Shown here piece by piece: positions 38,381 to 51,025 of a stretch of DNA of 59,585 nucleotides. The notes below the pieces were generated by a model, which did not search any database, had not been told where the DNA came from, and saw only the letters and a program-made list of their open reading frames with translations. Source of the DNA: an uncultured Bacilli bacterium (GTDB lineage: Bacteria; Bacillota_I; Bacilli_A; RFN20; CAG-449); the NCBI GenBank assembly GCA_944332525.1, contig CALVKD010000001.1:115841-175425 (forward strand), given 5' to 3'. The stretch's first letter is position 1. Each line of letters begins with the position of its first letter. The position numbers were made by a program, and so were the translations under genes.

Positions 38381-40686
38381 TTCAGCGTCACCACCGTCGC
38401 GCCGACGCCGCCTTCACCCATCCCGCCGAGCCTAAAAGAAGCGACATACGGACTCTTTTTAAGATATTCGTGGATTCCTTGACGCAGTTTTCCGGTCCCA
38501 GCTCCGTGAATAATTCTTACTTCGTGATAATGGACTGAAACAGCATCATCAAGATATTTGCTAACAATTGGCAAAGCTTCTCTAACTGTTAATCCGATAA
38601 CATTGCATTCAGTTGAGACTTGTTTCATATGCGCGACATAATCATATGTCTTAACCACGTTCTTAGGCTTTTTCGGTTTTAAAACTTTTCTAACTTTATT
38701 TTTATTTATTTCGACATTCATGCCCATTTCAGTCAAAATAGTAGCTTTATCGCGTTTTAAAGATATTACTTTACCCCTTACCTTGGAATCGATTAATTCA
38801 ACTTCATCACCAATATTAACTTCACCATCAGCGATATCTTCATCTTCCTCATCGGTTGCTAATTTATCACTAATTTTCTTTTTAGCAGAAATTACTTGAT
38901 GAAGTTTAACATCATTCATCTTTTTAAATTCATTAAAAATATCATCAATTTCGTCTTGAGCTTTTGCAACAATCTTTTGCTTTTCTTCTTCAGCCTGATC
39001 AAGTATCTGCTGATGGAGATGTTTATTTTTTTCAATCTCTTGCGTTAAAACTTTTTCTTGTTCTTTTAATTTATTTGATTGCTCTTTTAATTGAGCTTTG
39101 ATTAATTCATTTTCGCGAATTTTAGCGTTCAAGTCTTCAAGCATCAATTCTTCAGAAGTTGATTTCTTTTCTTTAATATATTCTTTTGCACGACAAATAA
39201 CTTCATTAGGCAATCCTAAACGCGAAGCGACTTCAACGCCGAAAGATGATGATGCAGCATGAAGTAAAAGCTTATAGGTCGGTGAAAGATTATCTTCATC
39301 AAAAACCATCGATGCGCATAAGATTTGATTATTTTCTAAAGCGTAATTTTTAACTCCTTCATAGTGAGATGAAATAAAGGAAAAGCAATTGACTTTCAAA
39401 AGATAATCAATGGCACCTAAAGCTAATGCTTCTCCGTCAAGAGGCGAAGTGCCCGAGCCTAATTCATCAATAATAACTAACGAAGTATCATCGGCATGTT
39501 CAAGAATATCTCGCAAATTAACCATGTGCGATGAGAAAGTTGAAAGGTTATCAATCAAAGATTGATTATCGCCAATATCACCATATATATAATCAAAATA
39601 TGGTAAGTAAGCATCCTCTTCGCATGGTAAAGCTAATCCCGATTGATGCATAATTACCAGTAATCCAAGTAATTTTAAAGCAACAGTTTTACCTCCGGCA
39701 TTTGGTCCTGTAATAATCATCATTCTTTCTTTGTCCATAACAAAATCGTTTCTGACGACCTTGCTTAAATCAATTAATGGATGAGCTGCATTCATTAAGC
39801 GAATTTTCCTTTCTGAAGAAATATTAGCTACATTTCCGTGATAAGAAATAGCATAACTAGCCTTGGCAAAATTAAAATCGAGTAATGAAACAAGTGAATT
39901 ATCTTTTCTTAAAGCATCAAGATTACTTTTAGCATCGCTTGATAAGTCTTTTAAAATATTTTCTATTTCAATGCGTTCTTCTTCTCTTAAAGTTGATAAG
40001 TTATTGTAAACCTCAAGCAGTTCCTGAGGTTCGATGAAGAAAGTATTTCCGCTATCAGAGGAAGCTAAAACGATTCCGTTAATCCGGTTTTTAAACGTCG
40101 ATTTAACCATTAAAGTATAAACACCATTTTTTAAAGACGGCCGATAATCGCTTAAGTAAAGGCGATATTTTTCAATTAATGAGTTCATCAAAGAAGAGAT
40201 TCCATTTTCTAATCTCTCTTTTTTGCTTCTAATTTGCATTAACTTACTCGAAGCCGTTGATAAAATTTCTTGTTCCGGTGAAACTACTCGGTCAATTTTA
40301 GCTTTTAGTGAAGTTAATGAATCCAAAGAAGAAATTAATTCATCGAGATGCGGATAAGAATCTCTTTCCTTAAATTCCGCTTTTAACAGTTTAATATTTT
40401 CAAGCAAATAACTAATTGAAGCAAAAAAACTAATATTACCTATTCCGCCTTTATGGATATTAATTAACGAAGGCAATAAATTTGGATGATTATAAATTAC
40501 AAGTCTAGAATATTTATAGTTATAAGCAAGTGACTCCCTTAACAAAACTAGATTATCTTGTAATTCATCTTGATCTTCAATAATCGATAAGTTATCGACA
40601 TAAGAACGCGCAAGTTCACAATTAGCGTATTTTTTTAAACGTTCTTTAATAAGATTAAATTCAAAAGTTTGATAAATGTCTTTCAT
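38377..40686 (-). CDS. mutS2: MutS2 with Smr domain
   Basis: TGPNAGGKT, LSTFSSHM, DELGSGT, C-terminal IIHGAGTG...GGVGATVV. Start set at MKDIYQ (40686). Confidence 0.95.
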   Translation of the reverse strand: MKDIYQTFEFNLIKERLKKYANCELARSYVDNLSIIEDQDELQDNLVLLRESLAYNYKYSRLVIYNHPNLLPSLINIHKGGIGNISFFASISYLLENIKLLKAEFKERDSYPHLDELISSLDSLTSLKAKIDRVVSPEQEILSTASSKLMQIRSKKERLENGISSLMNSLIEKYRLYLSDYRPSLKNGVYTLMVKSTFKNRINGIVLASSDSGNTFFIEPQELLEVYNNLSTLREEERIEIENILKDLSSDAKSNLDALRKDNSLVSLLDFNFAKASYAISYHGNVANISSERKIRLMNAAHPLIDLSKVVRNDFVMDKERMMIITGPNAGGKTVALKLLGLLVIMHQSGLALPCEEDAYLPYFDYIYGDIGDNQSLIDNLSTFSSHMVNLRDILEHADDTSLVIIDELGSGTSPLDGEALALGAIDYLLKVNCFSFISSHYEGVKNYALENNQILCASMVFDEDNLSPTYKLLLHAASSSFGVEVASRLGLPNEVICRAKEYIKEKKSTSEELMLEDLNAKIRENELIKAQLKEQSNKLKEQEKVLTQEIEKNKHLHQQILDQAEEEKQKIVAKAQDEIDDIFNEFKKMNDVKLHQVISAKKKISDKLATDEEDEDIADGEVNIGDEVELIDSKVRGKVISLKRDKATILTEMGMNVEINKNKVRKVLKPKKPKNVVKTYDYVAHMKQVSTECNVIGLTVREALPIVSKYLDDAVSVHYHEVRIIHGAGTGKLRQGIHEYLKKSPYVASFRLGGMGEGGVGATVVTLK

Positions 40687-40808
40687 ACAACTGAAATTAT
40701 AAATTCTTTCTATTTTTTTGTAAATTGTTAAAATCTGATTTTCAATTTGATAAAAAAATATCAATTTATTTGATATAATAATATCGTAAAAGCACAGGAG
40801 GGTATTTT

Positions 40809-41960
40809 ATGGCTTTTCGTTTTATTTTAAATGAAACATCTTACCATGGACACGGAGCAATCGAAAATATTGCTAGCGAAATCATTAATCGCGGATTAAA
40901 AAAGGCATTTGTTTGTTCCGATCCAGATCTCGTCAAATTTGGCGTTAGTAAAAAGGTTGCAGACATATTAGAGAAAAATAATATTCCTTATACTCTATAT
41001 ACCGAAATCAAACCTAATCCAACTATTGAAAACGTTCAACACGGCGTTGACTCATTCCGCGAGAGCAAAGCAGACTGCATCGTTGCAATTGGCGGAGGTT
41101 CATCAATGGATACTGCTAAAGGTATTGGTATCATCGCCAATAACCCAGAATATTATGATGTCGTATCTTTAGAAGGTGTTGCACCAACAAAGAATAAATC
41201 AGTTCCTATTATCGCTGTTCCAACAACTGCTGGTACCGCTGCAGAAGTTACTATTAATTACGTTATCACCGATACCAAAAAAGAAAGAAAAATGGTTTGC
41301 GTCGACCCACATGATATTCCGGTTGTCGCCGTTGTCGATCCAGATATGATGTCGACAATGCCAAAGGGATTAACTGCTGCAACAGGCATGGATGCTCTTA
41401 CTCATGCAATTGAAGGCTATATCACTAAAGGCGCATGGGAACTTTCTGATATGTTCCACTTAAAAGCTATTGAAATCATTTCTCGCTCGTTAAGAGGTGC
41501 CGTTAAAAATGAACCTGCTGGCAGAGAAGACATGGCTTTAGGACAATATATCGCCGGTATGGGATTCTCAAATGTCGGTTTAGGTATCGTCCACTCAATG
41601 GCTCATCCACTAGGTGCCCTTTATGACACACCTCACGGCATTGCTAACGCCATCATTCTTCCAACAGTTATGGAATACAATGCTCCAGCAACTGGTGAAA
41701 AATACCGCGAAATCGCTAGAGCTATGGGCGTGAAGGATGTCGATAAAATGTCACAAGCAGAATATCGCAAAGCAGCTATTGATGCTGTTAGACAATTAGC
41801 TAAAGATGTCGGAATTCCTGCTGACTTAAAAGCAATCGTCAAAGAGGAAGATATTCCTTTCTTAAGTGAATCTGCTTATGCCGATGCTTGCCGTCCAGGT
41901 AACCCACGTGATACATCAGTAGCAGAAATCGCTGAATTATATCGTTCCTTAATTAAATAA
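40809..41960 (+). CDS. fucO: Lactaldehyde reductase (iron-containing alcohol dehydrogenase)
   Basis: RFILNETSYHG N-terminus, GGGS, PTTAGT, DALTHAIE, HSMAH, HG, GNPR motifs. Confidence 0.88.
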   Translation: MAFRFILNETSYHGHGAIENIASEIINRGLKKAFVCSDPDLVKFGVSKKVADILEKNNIPYTLYTEIKPNPTIENVQHGVDSFRESKADCIVAIGGGSSMDTAKGIGIIANNPEYYDVVSLEGVAPTKNKSVPIIAVPTTAGTAAEVTINYVITDTKKERKMVCVDPHDIPVVAVVDPDMMSTMPKGLTAATGMDALTHAIEGYITKGAWELSDMFHLKAIEIISRSLRGAVKNEPAGREDMALGQYIAGMGFSNVGLGIVHSMAHPLGALYDTPHGIANAIILPTVMEYNAPATGEKYREIARAMGVKDVDKMSQAEYRKAAIDAVRQLAKDVGIPADLKAIVKEEDIPFLSESAYADACRPGNPRDTSVAEIAELYRSLIK

Positions 41961-41989
41961 ATATTAAGAACATCATTAAAAAAGGATGC

Positions 41990-44506
<2,517 letters not shown>

Positions 44507-44517
<11 letters not shown>

Positions 44518-46021
44518 AGTGATAATCTCTCTTGAAGGTAGTGACCACTTCCATTAAATCGTGGATGAATTTATCGTCGATAGCCTTTTTCTCGGTTAAT
44601 TGATTGATAAACTCTTTATGAAGAGAAGAAATTGATGTATAGAGGTCATCAAGAAATTTTCTAATTTCTTCTAATGGTAAATCATCAAGATACCCGTGTT
44701 GGGCTACGAGTAATTCTATAACCATTTGCTGATAAGATTTAGGTGCATATTGATTTTGTTTTAACATTTCCATCAAAGCTTTACCGTGGGAAATGGTTTT
44801 CTTTGTTTGAGCATCGAGATCAGTACCAAATTGAGCAAAAGATTGAACTTCGCGGAAGTTAGCTAATTCGATTTTCAATGATTTTGATGCTTGTTTCATG
44901 CATTTATATTGGGCAGATGATCCAACACGCGAAACTGAGAACCCAGTATCAATAGCTGGACGGAATCCAGAATTAAATAAGTCACTAACTAAGAAAATTT
45001 GTCCATCGGTAATGGAAATAACGTTAGTCGGAATATAACTAGAAATATCTCCGGCTTGAGTTTCAATGATTGGTAAGGCAGTTAATGATCCTCCGCCGTG
45101 TTTAGCATCGAGATTACAGGCTCTTTCAAGTAATCTTGAATGCAGATAGAAGACGTCACCAGGATAAGCTTCTCTGCCCGGAGCTCTTTTAAGTAAAAGC
45201 GAAAGTGTACGATAGGCGATAGCATGTTTAGATAAATCGTCATAAACGATTAAGACATCTTTGCCTTCTTCCATCCATTCCTCACCCATGGCGCATCCAG
45301 CGTATGGAGCAATATATTTTAAGGGATCGAGTTCACTAGCAGTAGCTGCAACAATAACAGTATATGCAATAGCATCATGGTCTTTTAATTTTTGGTAGAC
45401 TTTTTTAACCGATGAAGTCTTTTGACCGATTGCAACATAGATGCATAGACAGTTTTTGCCTTTTTGATTAATAATCGTATCAACGGCAATTGAGGTTTTT
45501 CCTGTCTGACGGTCACCGATAATTAATTCTCTTTGTCCGCGTCCGATAGGAATCATGCTGTCAATTGCTTCAATTCCTGTTTCTAATGGATGGGAAACCG
45601 ATTTTCTAGTCATTACGCCTGGGGCAATTCTTTCAATTGGACGATGTTTATCAGTTTTTATTTCACCAAGTCCATCAAGAGGTTGTCCAAGAGCATTAAC
45701 AACTCTTCCGAGAAGTGCATCGCCAACTGGGACTTCAATAACCTTTCTCGTTCTTTTAACGATATCGCCTTCCTCGATTTCTTTATCGCCGGCAAACAAG
45801 ACACCGCCAATCGAGTCTTCGTTAAGATTCATTACTAATCCATAAATATCGTCTTTGAAAGAAAGTAATTCACCGAGCATCGCTTTTTCTAAGCCGTAAA
45901 TTTTGACAATGCCATCACCGACAGAAACGACCTTGCCAATATCATCCTGAGTTACTTTTTCATGATAATGCTCGATTTGTTTTTTAATAATCGCGCTGAT
46001 TTCATTAAGATTCTGAGCCAT
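44507..46021 (-). CDS. atpA: ATP synthase alpha subunit
   Basis: [28 protein letters not shown]. Confidence 0.98.
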
Positions 46022-46563
46022 TATTCTGTCTCTCCTTTCAAAGATTGCTTTAAAGTAGTAAATTTCTTTAGAAGCGAGTAATCTAATTCTTGATTATTCA
46101 CAACAATTTTTATTCCGCCCAATAACGATTTATCAATAATATTTTTCAAATGAACTTGATAATGATATTTTAAAGTTAGTTGTTTTTCCAATTTAGAAAT
46201 TTCATTTTCGCTCAAGGTATCATAAGAATATACGACGCCATGAGAAACGTTAATGTAATCATTAGCAAGAGTATCTAATCTTTTAATAATTTTTGGTAAA
46301 TATTTCATGCAATGATAATCATTGATTACAAATAAGAAATTCAAATAATCTTCACTAAAAAAAGGAAAAATTTTTTTAAGTAATTTTTCTTTTTCTTCCT
46401 TGTTTATAAACTCGCTCTCTAATGTTTTTTGCAACTCATCATCGCTTAATAGTTCTAGAAGCATCTTATTGCTAGACACTACTTCGTCAATATTATTTTT
46501 CTCAATAGCTAAAGATAGATATGCATTAGCGAATTTACTTTCGATCGTTTCCATCTTTTTCAC
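46021..46563 (-). CDS. atpH: ATP synthase delta subunit
   Basis: [11 protein letters not shown] motif and operon position. Confidence 0.92.
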   Translation of the reverse strand: MKKMETIESKFANAYLSLAIEKNNIDEVVSSNKMLLELLSDDELQKTLESEFINKEEKEKLLKKIFPFFSEDYLNFLFVINDYHCMKYLPKIIKRLDTLANDYINVSHGVVYSYDTLSENEISKLEKQLTLKYHYQVHLKNIIDKSLLGGIKIVVNNQELDYSLLKKFTTLKQSLKGETE

Positions 46564-47080
46564 CTAGCGACTTGATAACATCATAAACAATTTTACGGTT
46601 ATCTTCGTTATCGACATTTTTCTCTAAAATAGCTTTACTAGCCGTCATAGCAATTTCAACAATTTCATCTTTAGCGGAAGCGAGCATCTTATCGTGATCT
46701 CTTTTTAAGATCTCCTCTTGCTCGGCCCGTTTTCTTAACATTTCTTCATTCAACGCGGATAAAGCTTTTTTCTTTTCTTCTTCGGCTTCTTTTTTTGCCG
46801 CGGTAACTAAAGATATCGCTTCTTGATTAGCCTTAGCTAAGATTTCCTGGCTAGCTTTTTTATCATTCTCCGTTTGCTGTTGATTTTTAGAGATATCATC
46901 GAGATGTTTACGCTCATATTCTTCGCGTTTAACGATATAATTATGAACAGGTTTATAAGCAAATTTAATAACGATAATTACCATCACAATAAAAGCAATT
47001 AGCTGAGCTAAAAAAGCCCAAACATTTGGGATAAGCTTATCGGCGATTGGTATTTCTAAATCTGCTAAAAATCTCAACAT
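46535..47080 (-). CDS. atpF: ATP synthase b subunit
   Basis: Single N-terminal TM, YKP, long charged helix. Confidence 0.92.
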   Translation of the reverse strand: MLRFLADLEIPIADKLIPNVWAFLAQLIAFIVMVIIVIKFAYKPVHNYIVKREEYERKHLDDISKNQQQTENDKKASQEILAKANQEAISLVTAAKKEAEEEKKKALSALNEEMLRKRAEQEEILKRDHDKMLASAKDEIVEIAMTASKAILEKNVDNEDNRKIVYDVIKSLGEKDGNDRK

Positions 47081-47083
47081 TTT

Positions 47084-47302
47084 TTATAATACCAAACAAA
47101 GAATTGCGATAACCAAACCATAAATACCTGTGGTTTCGTCAAGCGCACAACCAACAATCATTGATGTTCTTAATTTTGAATACATTTGAGGATTTCTTGC
47201 CATACCATCAATTGCATGAGCACAAATCATACCCTCACCAATACCGGAACCAAAACCGGTTAAAACAGCGAGAGCTGCACCAATATATTTTAATCCATCC
47301 AT
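47084..47302 (-). CDS. atpE: ATP synthase c subunit
   Basis: GxGxGxG helix, RNP loop, DETTGIY. Confidence 0.96.
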   Translation of the reverse strand: MDGLKYIGAALAVLTGFGSGIGEGMICAHAIDGMARNPQMYSKLRTSMIVGCALDETTGIYGLVIAILCLVL

Positions 47303-47320
47303 AGATATTATCCTCCTTTT

Positions 47321-48079
47321 CTATGCTAATAGATTAGCTTGAGCTTCTAACTCGTCTATCTCATCTTCCGGATCTTCTTGAGCAATCCAAATCATCGTCA
47401 ATATGCAGAACACCATTGTTTGAATAGCGCCGGAGAAGAGGTCAAAGTACATATGTAGCGGCGGTGCGATAATCCAGGATAAGAAAATCTGATTAGCGCC
47501 CGAAGGAATAAATGAAAAAATCATTGATGATAATAATTCAGTAAAATAATAAACGATACTCATCAAGCAATACCCGGCTAAAGCATTACCGAAAAGACGT
47601 AACGATAACGATAAAAGCGGAGCCCACATCGATAATAAGTTAATCGGTAACAAAACCGGAATTGGGTCGATATATCTTTTGAAATAACGAAGTCTATTAG
47701 CTCTAGCAGCAGTAAAGTGAATCAACACAAAAGTGCATAATCCTAGAGATAAAGGGAAAGTTAAATTGACTAACGGATTAGGTAAACCTGTGATACCGAT
47801 TATAAAGCATAAAATGATGTAGAGAGCAACGCCTAAAACATATCCAGCGAAACTTTTCCATTTTTTACCCATATTATCAACAGTAAAGTTTTCTAGTCCC
47901 CTAATAGCTTCAAAAACGATTAAATTAAATCCTTTTTGAGGTTTATCCGGTGAAAGATTACGGAATCTAAAATAAATCACAAAAGCTAATGCGATAATTA
48001 AAATCATCACAGCAAAAGAAATTATTAATTCACCAGTTATAATTGAACCATCAAATCTTAATGCTTGTGACCAATCCAT
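47321..48079 (-). CDS. atpB: ATP synthase a subunit
   Basis: SLSLRLFGN and YFDLFSGAIQ motifs. Confidence 0.95.
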   Translation of the reverse strand: MDWSQALRFDGSIITGELIISFAVMILIIALAFVIYFRFRNLSPDKPQKGFNLIVFEAIRGLENFTVDNMGKKWKSFAGYVLGVALYIILCFIIGITGLPNPLVNLTFPLSLGLCTFVLIHFTAARANRLRYFKRYIDPIPVLLPINLLSMWAPLLSLSLRLFGNALAGYCLMSIVYYFTELLSSMIFSFIPSGANQIFLSWIIAPPLHMYFDLFSGAIQTMVFCILTMIWIAQEDPEDEIDELEAQANLLA

Positions 48080-48083
48080 CTAA

Positions 48084-48497
48084 TTAATTTCCTTTCTCTT
48101 CATCAGGGCGGACTATTGCCGTCACCATAGCCATAATCAAGAATGGAGCACCAGATCCAAGAATGCTTAAATAGAGCATTTTATTATCATTCTCTCCAAT
48201 TGTTAAATAAATTATTAAGGCTGATAAACCAATTGCTATAAAGGCGATTAAAGTTCTTAAAACATTTGCAAATAAAAAGAAAACTTGCCCACCTTTATTT
48301 TGGTTAGCAGGATTTAAACTATCTGCAGATTTTACAAGTAAAAACAAATTTACACCTGCGCAGATAAATCCAATTGCAAAAGAAGTTGTTATATAATAAT
48401 TTCCAAAAATCAACCCTATTAATGAAAGTAGCAATAAAATTGTACAAATAATTCCAAAAAGTAAGAAAACTCGTTTCGTATAAGTTAAATTTTTCAT
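48084..48497 (-). CDS. atpI: AtpI-like membrane protein
   Basis: Four TM segments, first gene of the atp operon. Confidence 0.65.
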   Translation of the reverse strand: MKNLTYTKRVFLLFGIICTILLLLSLIGLIFGNYYITTSFAIGFICAGVNLFLLVKSADSLNPANQNKGGQVFFLFANVLRTLIAFIAIGLSALIIYLTIGENDNKMLYLSILGSGAPFLIMAMVTAIVRPDEEKGN

Positions 48498-48553
48498 AAA
48501 ACACCTTTTCTAGAATATTATATAATATATTTTCAATAATTACTAGATATTTA

Positions 48554-48567
48554 TGTAAGCGCTTGCA
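48554..48567. promoter_or_regulatory. cre/LacI-type operator between the atp operon and rnhC
   Basis: TGTAAGCGCTTGCA, near-perfect palindrome with central CG. Confidence 0.55.
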
Positions 48568-48634
48568 TAAATAAGTGTGATGATAAAGTTTATTTTTTTT
48601 GCTTAACAGCCTAATATTTTGCTAGGATAAAGAT

Positions 48635-49534
48635 ATGAAATATTTAAGTTTTAAAATCAATGACGAAATAAAAGATAAAATCATTAATTTTTATCAAAAT
48701 CAACAAAAAGAAAATTCAAATCAATATATTATTTTTTTCGCGGAAGGCGAAGATTTTACTGTTGCTATATATCAAGGTAAAAAAGGATATAAAGTTGTCT
48801 TTGGAGGTGTTAATGCTGCTTATGAAGCTAGTCTTTTTTCATTAACTGACTTTTCTCCCAAGAAAGAAATGAATTCTCAAAGAGACAGATATGTTAATCT
48901 ATCTAGTCAAATTGGTTCAGATGAAGTCGGCTGGGGAGATTTTTTTGGTCCTTTAGTTGTCGCCGCTTGTTACTTTGATGAAAAATACCTTTCAATAATC
49001 GATAAAATTAAAGATTCTAAAAAATTGACCGACAATTTTATATTGTCTTTTATTCCAACCATTAAAGATAAACTGATTTACTCATTGCTAGTTGTCGACA
49101 ATGATAAATTGAATCAGTTAATCGCTCAAGGCTTCAATATGAATAAAATTAAAGCCTATCTCCATAATCAAGTTCAATATAATCTTTCGCAAAAGATAAA
49201 AGCTAAAAGTCATTATATCGACCAATTTTGCGAAGAAAGAACCTATTATAATTATCTTAAAGACGTTAAAAATATTGTTAGAAATATTACCTTCCATACA
49301 AAAGGCGAATCATATTATCCATCAGTAGCTCTCGCATCAATGCTCGCACGCTATCAATTTCTTCAAAAGATGCAAACTCTTTCTGAAAAGTATGAAATGG
49401 ATATTCCTTTTGGGGCTAGTGAAAAAGTTGATGATTTTGCCAAAACATTTATAGAGCGTTACTCGCTAGAAGAACTTTCGCATGTTGCAAAAACAAACTT
49501 TGCTAATTACGAAAAAATAAAAGGAAGCAAATAA
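48635..49534 (+). CDS. rnhC: Ribonuclease HIII
   Basis: N-terminal TBP-like extension, IGSDEVGWGDFFGP, DSKK, IDQF, VALAS..AR. Confidence 0.93.
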   Translation: MKYLSFKINDEIKDKIINFYQNQQKENSNQYIIFFAEGEDFTVAIYQGKKGYKVVFGGVNAAYEASLFSLTDFSPKKEMNSQRDRYVNLSSQIGSDEVGWGDFFGPLVVAACYFDEKYLSIIDKIKDSKKLTDNFILSFIPTIKDKLIYSLLVVDNDKLNQLIAQGFNMNKIKAYLHNQVQYNLSQKIKAKSHYIDQFCEERTYYNYLKDVKNIVRNITFHTKGESYYPSVALASMLARYQFLQKMQTLSEKYEMDIPFGASEKVDDFAKTFIERYSLEELSHVAKTNFANYEKIKGSK

Positions 49535-49539
49535 GCTTC

Positions 49540-50445
49540 CTACAATTTATTCTCTTCAATATAGGCTAAGATGCGTTTAAATTCTGCATCTTCATCACAA
49601 GTGAAAGTCATTCTTTCTTTTGTCGAAGGATGGATAAATGATAACTTAACCGCGCAGAGCATCTGTCCTTCTTTAGTCAGAGTCTGCTTTCTCTTTCCAT
49701 AAACAGTATCACCAACAATTGGAAAATTAATATGGCTAAGATGTACACGAATTTGATGGGTCCGACCTGTCTCTAACAGACAAGACACATAAGTATAATT
49801 AATAAATCTCTTTAAAACTTTTACGTGCGTTACTGCATCTTTTCCGTCATAGATATCAACAGCCATTTTCAAGCGGTCATTTTTATCTTTTCCAATCGGC
49901 GCGACAATTTTTAATTCTTCATGAGGAATTCTGCCTTCACAAATAGCATGATATTCTCTAAACATCGTCTTATCTTTCAGCTGGCTCTGTAAAAAGAGAT
50001 GAGCCTGATCATTTTTCGCGACGACAAGTAATCCCGCGGTATCCTTATCAATTCTATGAACGATACCAGGACGAATAACTCCGTTAATCGACGAAAGATC
50101 TTTGCAGTGATAAAGTAAAGCGTTAACAAGTGTTCCGCTATAATGACCATTAGATGGATGGACAACCATTCCGCGAGGCTTATTTATAACTAATAAATCG
50201 CTATCTTCATAAAGAATATCTAACGGAATGTTTTCTTTTTCTAACGTCAACTCTTTTTCTTCAAATTCTTCGACATCAACAACGTCACCGATATCAACTT
50301 TAAACGAAGGCTTTACCGTTTTTCCGTTTACTAAGACCTTTCCGTCTTCAATTAACTTTTGGTAATACGAACGAGAATGTGATGAATCCATCTTAACCAA
50401 AAAACTATCTAAACGTTCTTTTTCTTCAGTTACTTGATACTTCAT
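49540..50445 (-). CDS. rluD: RluA/RluD family pseudouridine synthase
   Basis: S4 domain, NKPRGMVVHP, HRIDKDT, TGRTHQIRVH; follows lspA. Confidence 0.93.
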   Translation of the reverse strand: MKYQVTEEKERLDSFLVKMDSSHSRSYYQKLIEDGKVLVNGKTVKPSFKVDIGDVVDVEEFEEKELTLEKENIPLDILYEDSDLLVINKPRGMVVHPSNGHYSGTLVNALLYHCKDLSSINGVIRPGIVHRIDKDTAGLLVVAKNDQAHLFLQSQLKDKTMFREYHAICEGRIPHEELKIVAPIGKDKNDRLKMAVDIYDGKDAVTHVKVLKRFINYTYVSCLLETGRTHQIRVHLSHINFPIVGDTVYGKRKQTLTKEGQMLCAVKLSFIHPSTKERMTFTCDEDAEFKRILAYIEENKL

Positions 50446-51025
50446 TTTCTTTCTCTTTCTGTTTTAAAATGTCTTCTTCAACTTCGTTCGTCACTTGCTC
50501 TTTTTCTTTATCTTTTGTGAAAATAATAGCTATTGCAAACATAACGATTGAGCAAGTTAGGCACATATCGGCAAAGTTAAAAACCGGAAAATCATAGAAT
50601 CCAAATAGTCTAAACCTTAAGAAATCAATAACGCCTGGCGTTCCGTAAATTCCGACGCGGTCAATTAAATTGCCTGTGCACCCCGGGATAAATAAATAAA
50701 GAGCGATGCGGTATAAGATAGGTAATTTATTAAACTTTTTAATTAAGAAATATGTTGAGACGATTGTTCCGATAACGGAAATAATTGCTAATAATACTCT
50801 ACCAAATGAAGTATCGGCTAAAAAGCCAGCTAATGCTCCACGGTTAAACGTTAAATAAATCCAAAAGAAATCTTTTATTACTACGATATTCGCTCCTTCT
50901 TTTCCGTCAAAATGATAATAAACCACTAATTTAGTGATAATATCAATAGCTAAAAGACCGACAATAGTAACAATGCAAACAATTAAATTGATAACAAAAC
51001 GTCTATCTTTCAAGGAGTTTTTCAT
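50426..51025 (-). CDS. lspA: Lipoprotein signal peptidase II
   Basis: NRGA, GNLIDR, VIDF, VFNFAD. Confidence 0.94.
   Translation of the reverse strand: MKNSLKDRRFVINLIVCIVTIVGLLAIDIITKLVVYYHFDGKEGANIVVIKDFFWIYLTFNRGALAGFLADTSFGRVLLAIISVIGTIVSTYFLIKKFNKLPILYRIALYLFIPGCTGNLIDRVGIYGTPGVIDFLRFRLFGFYDFPVFNFADMCLTCSIVMFAIAIIFTKDKEKEQVTNEVEEDILKQKEKENEVSSN

Noticed and set aside
40747-40764. FNR box at fucO
   Set aside because: TTGAT and ATCAA are 8 bp apart rather than 4.
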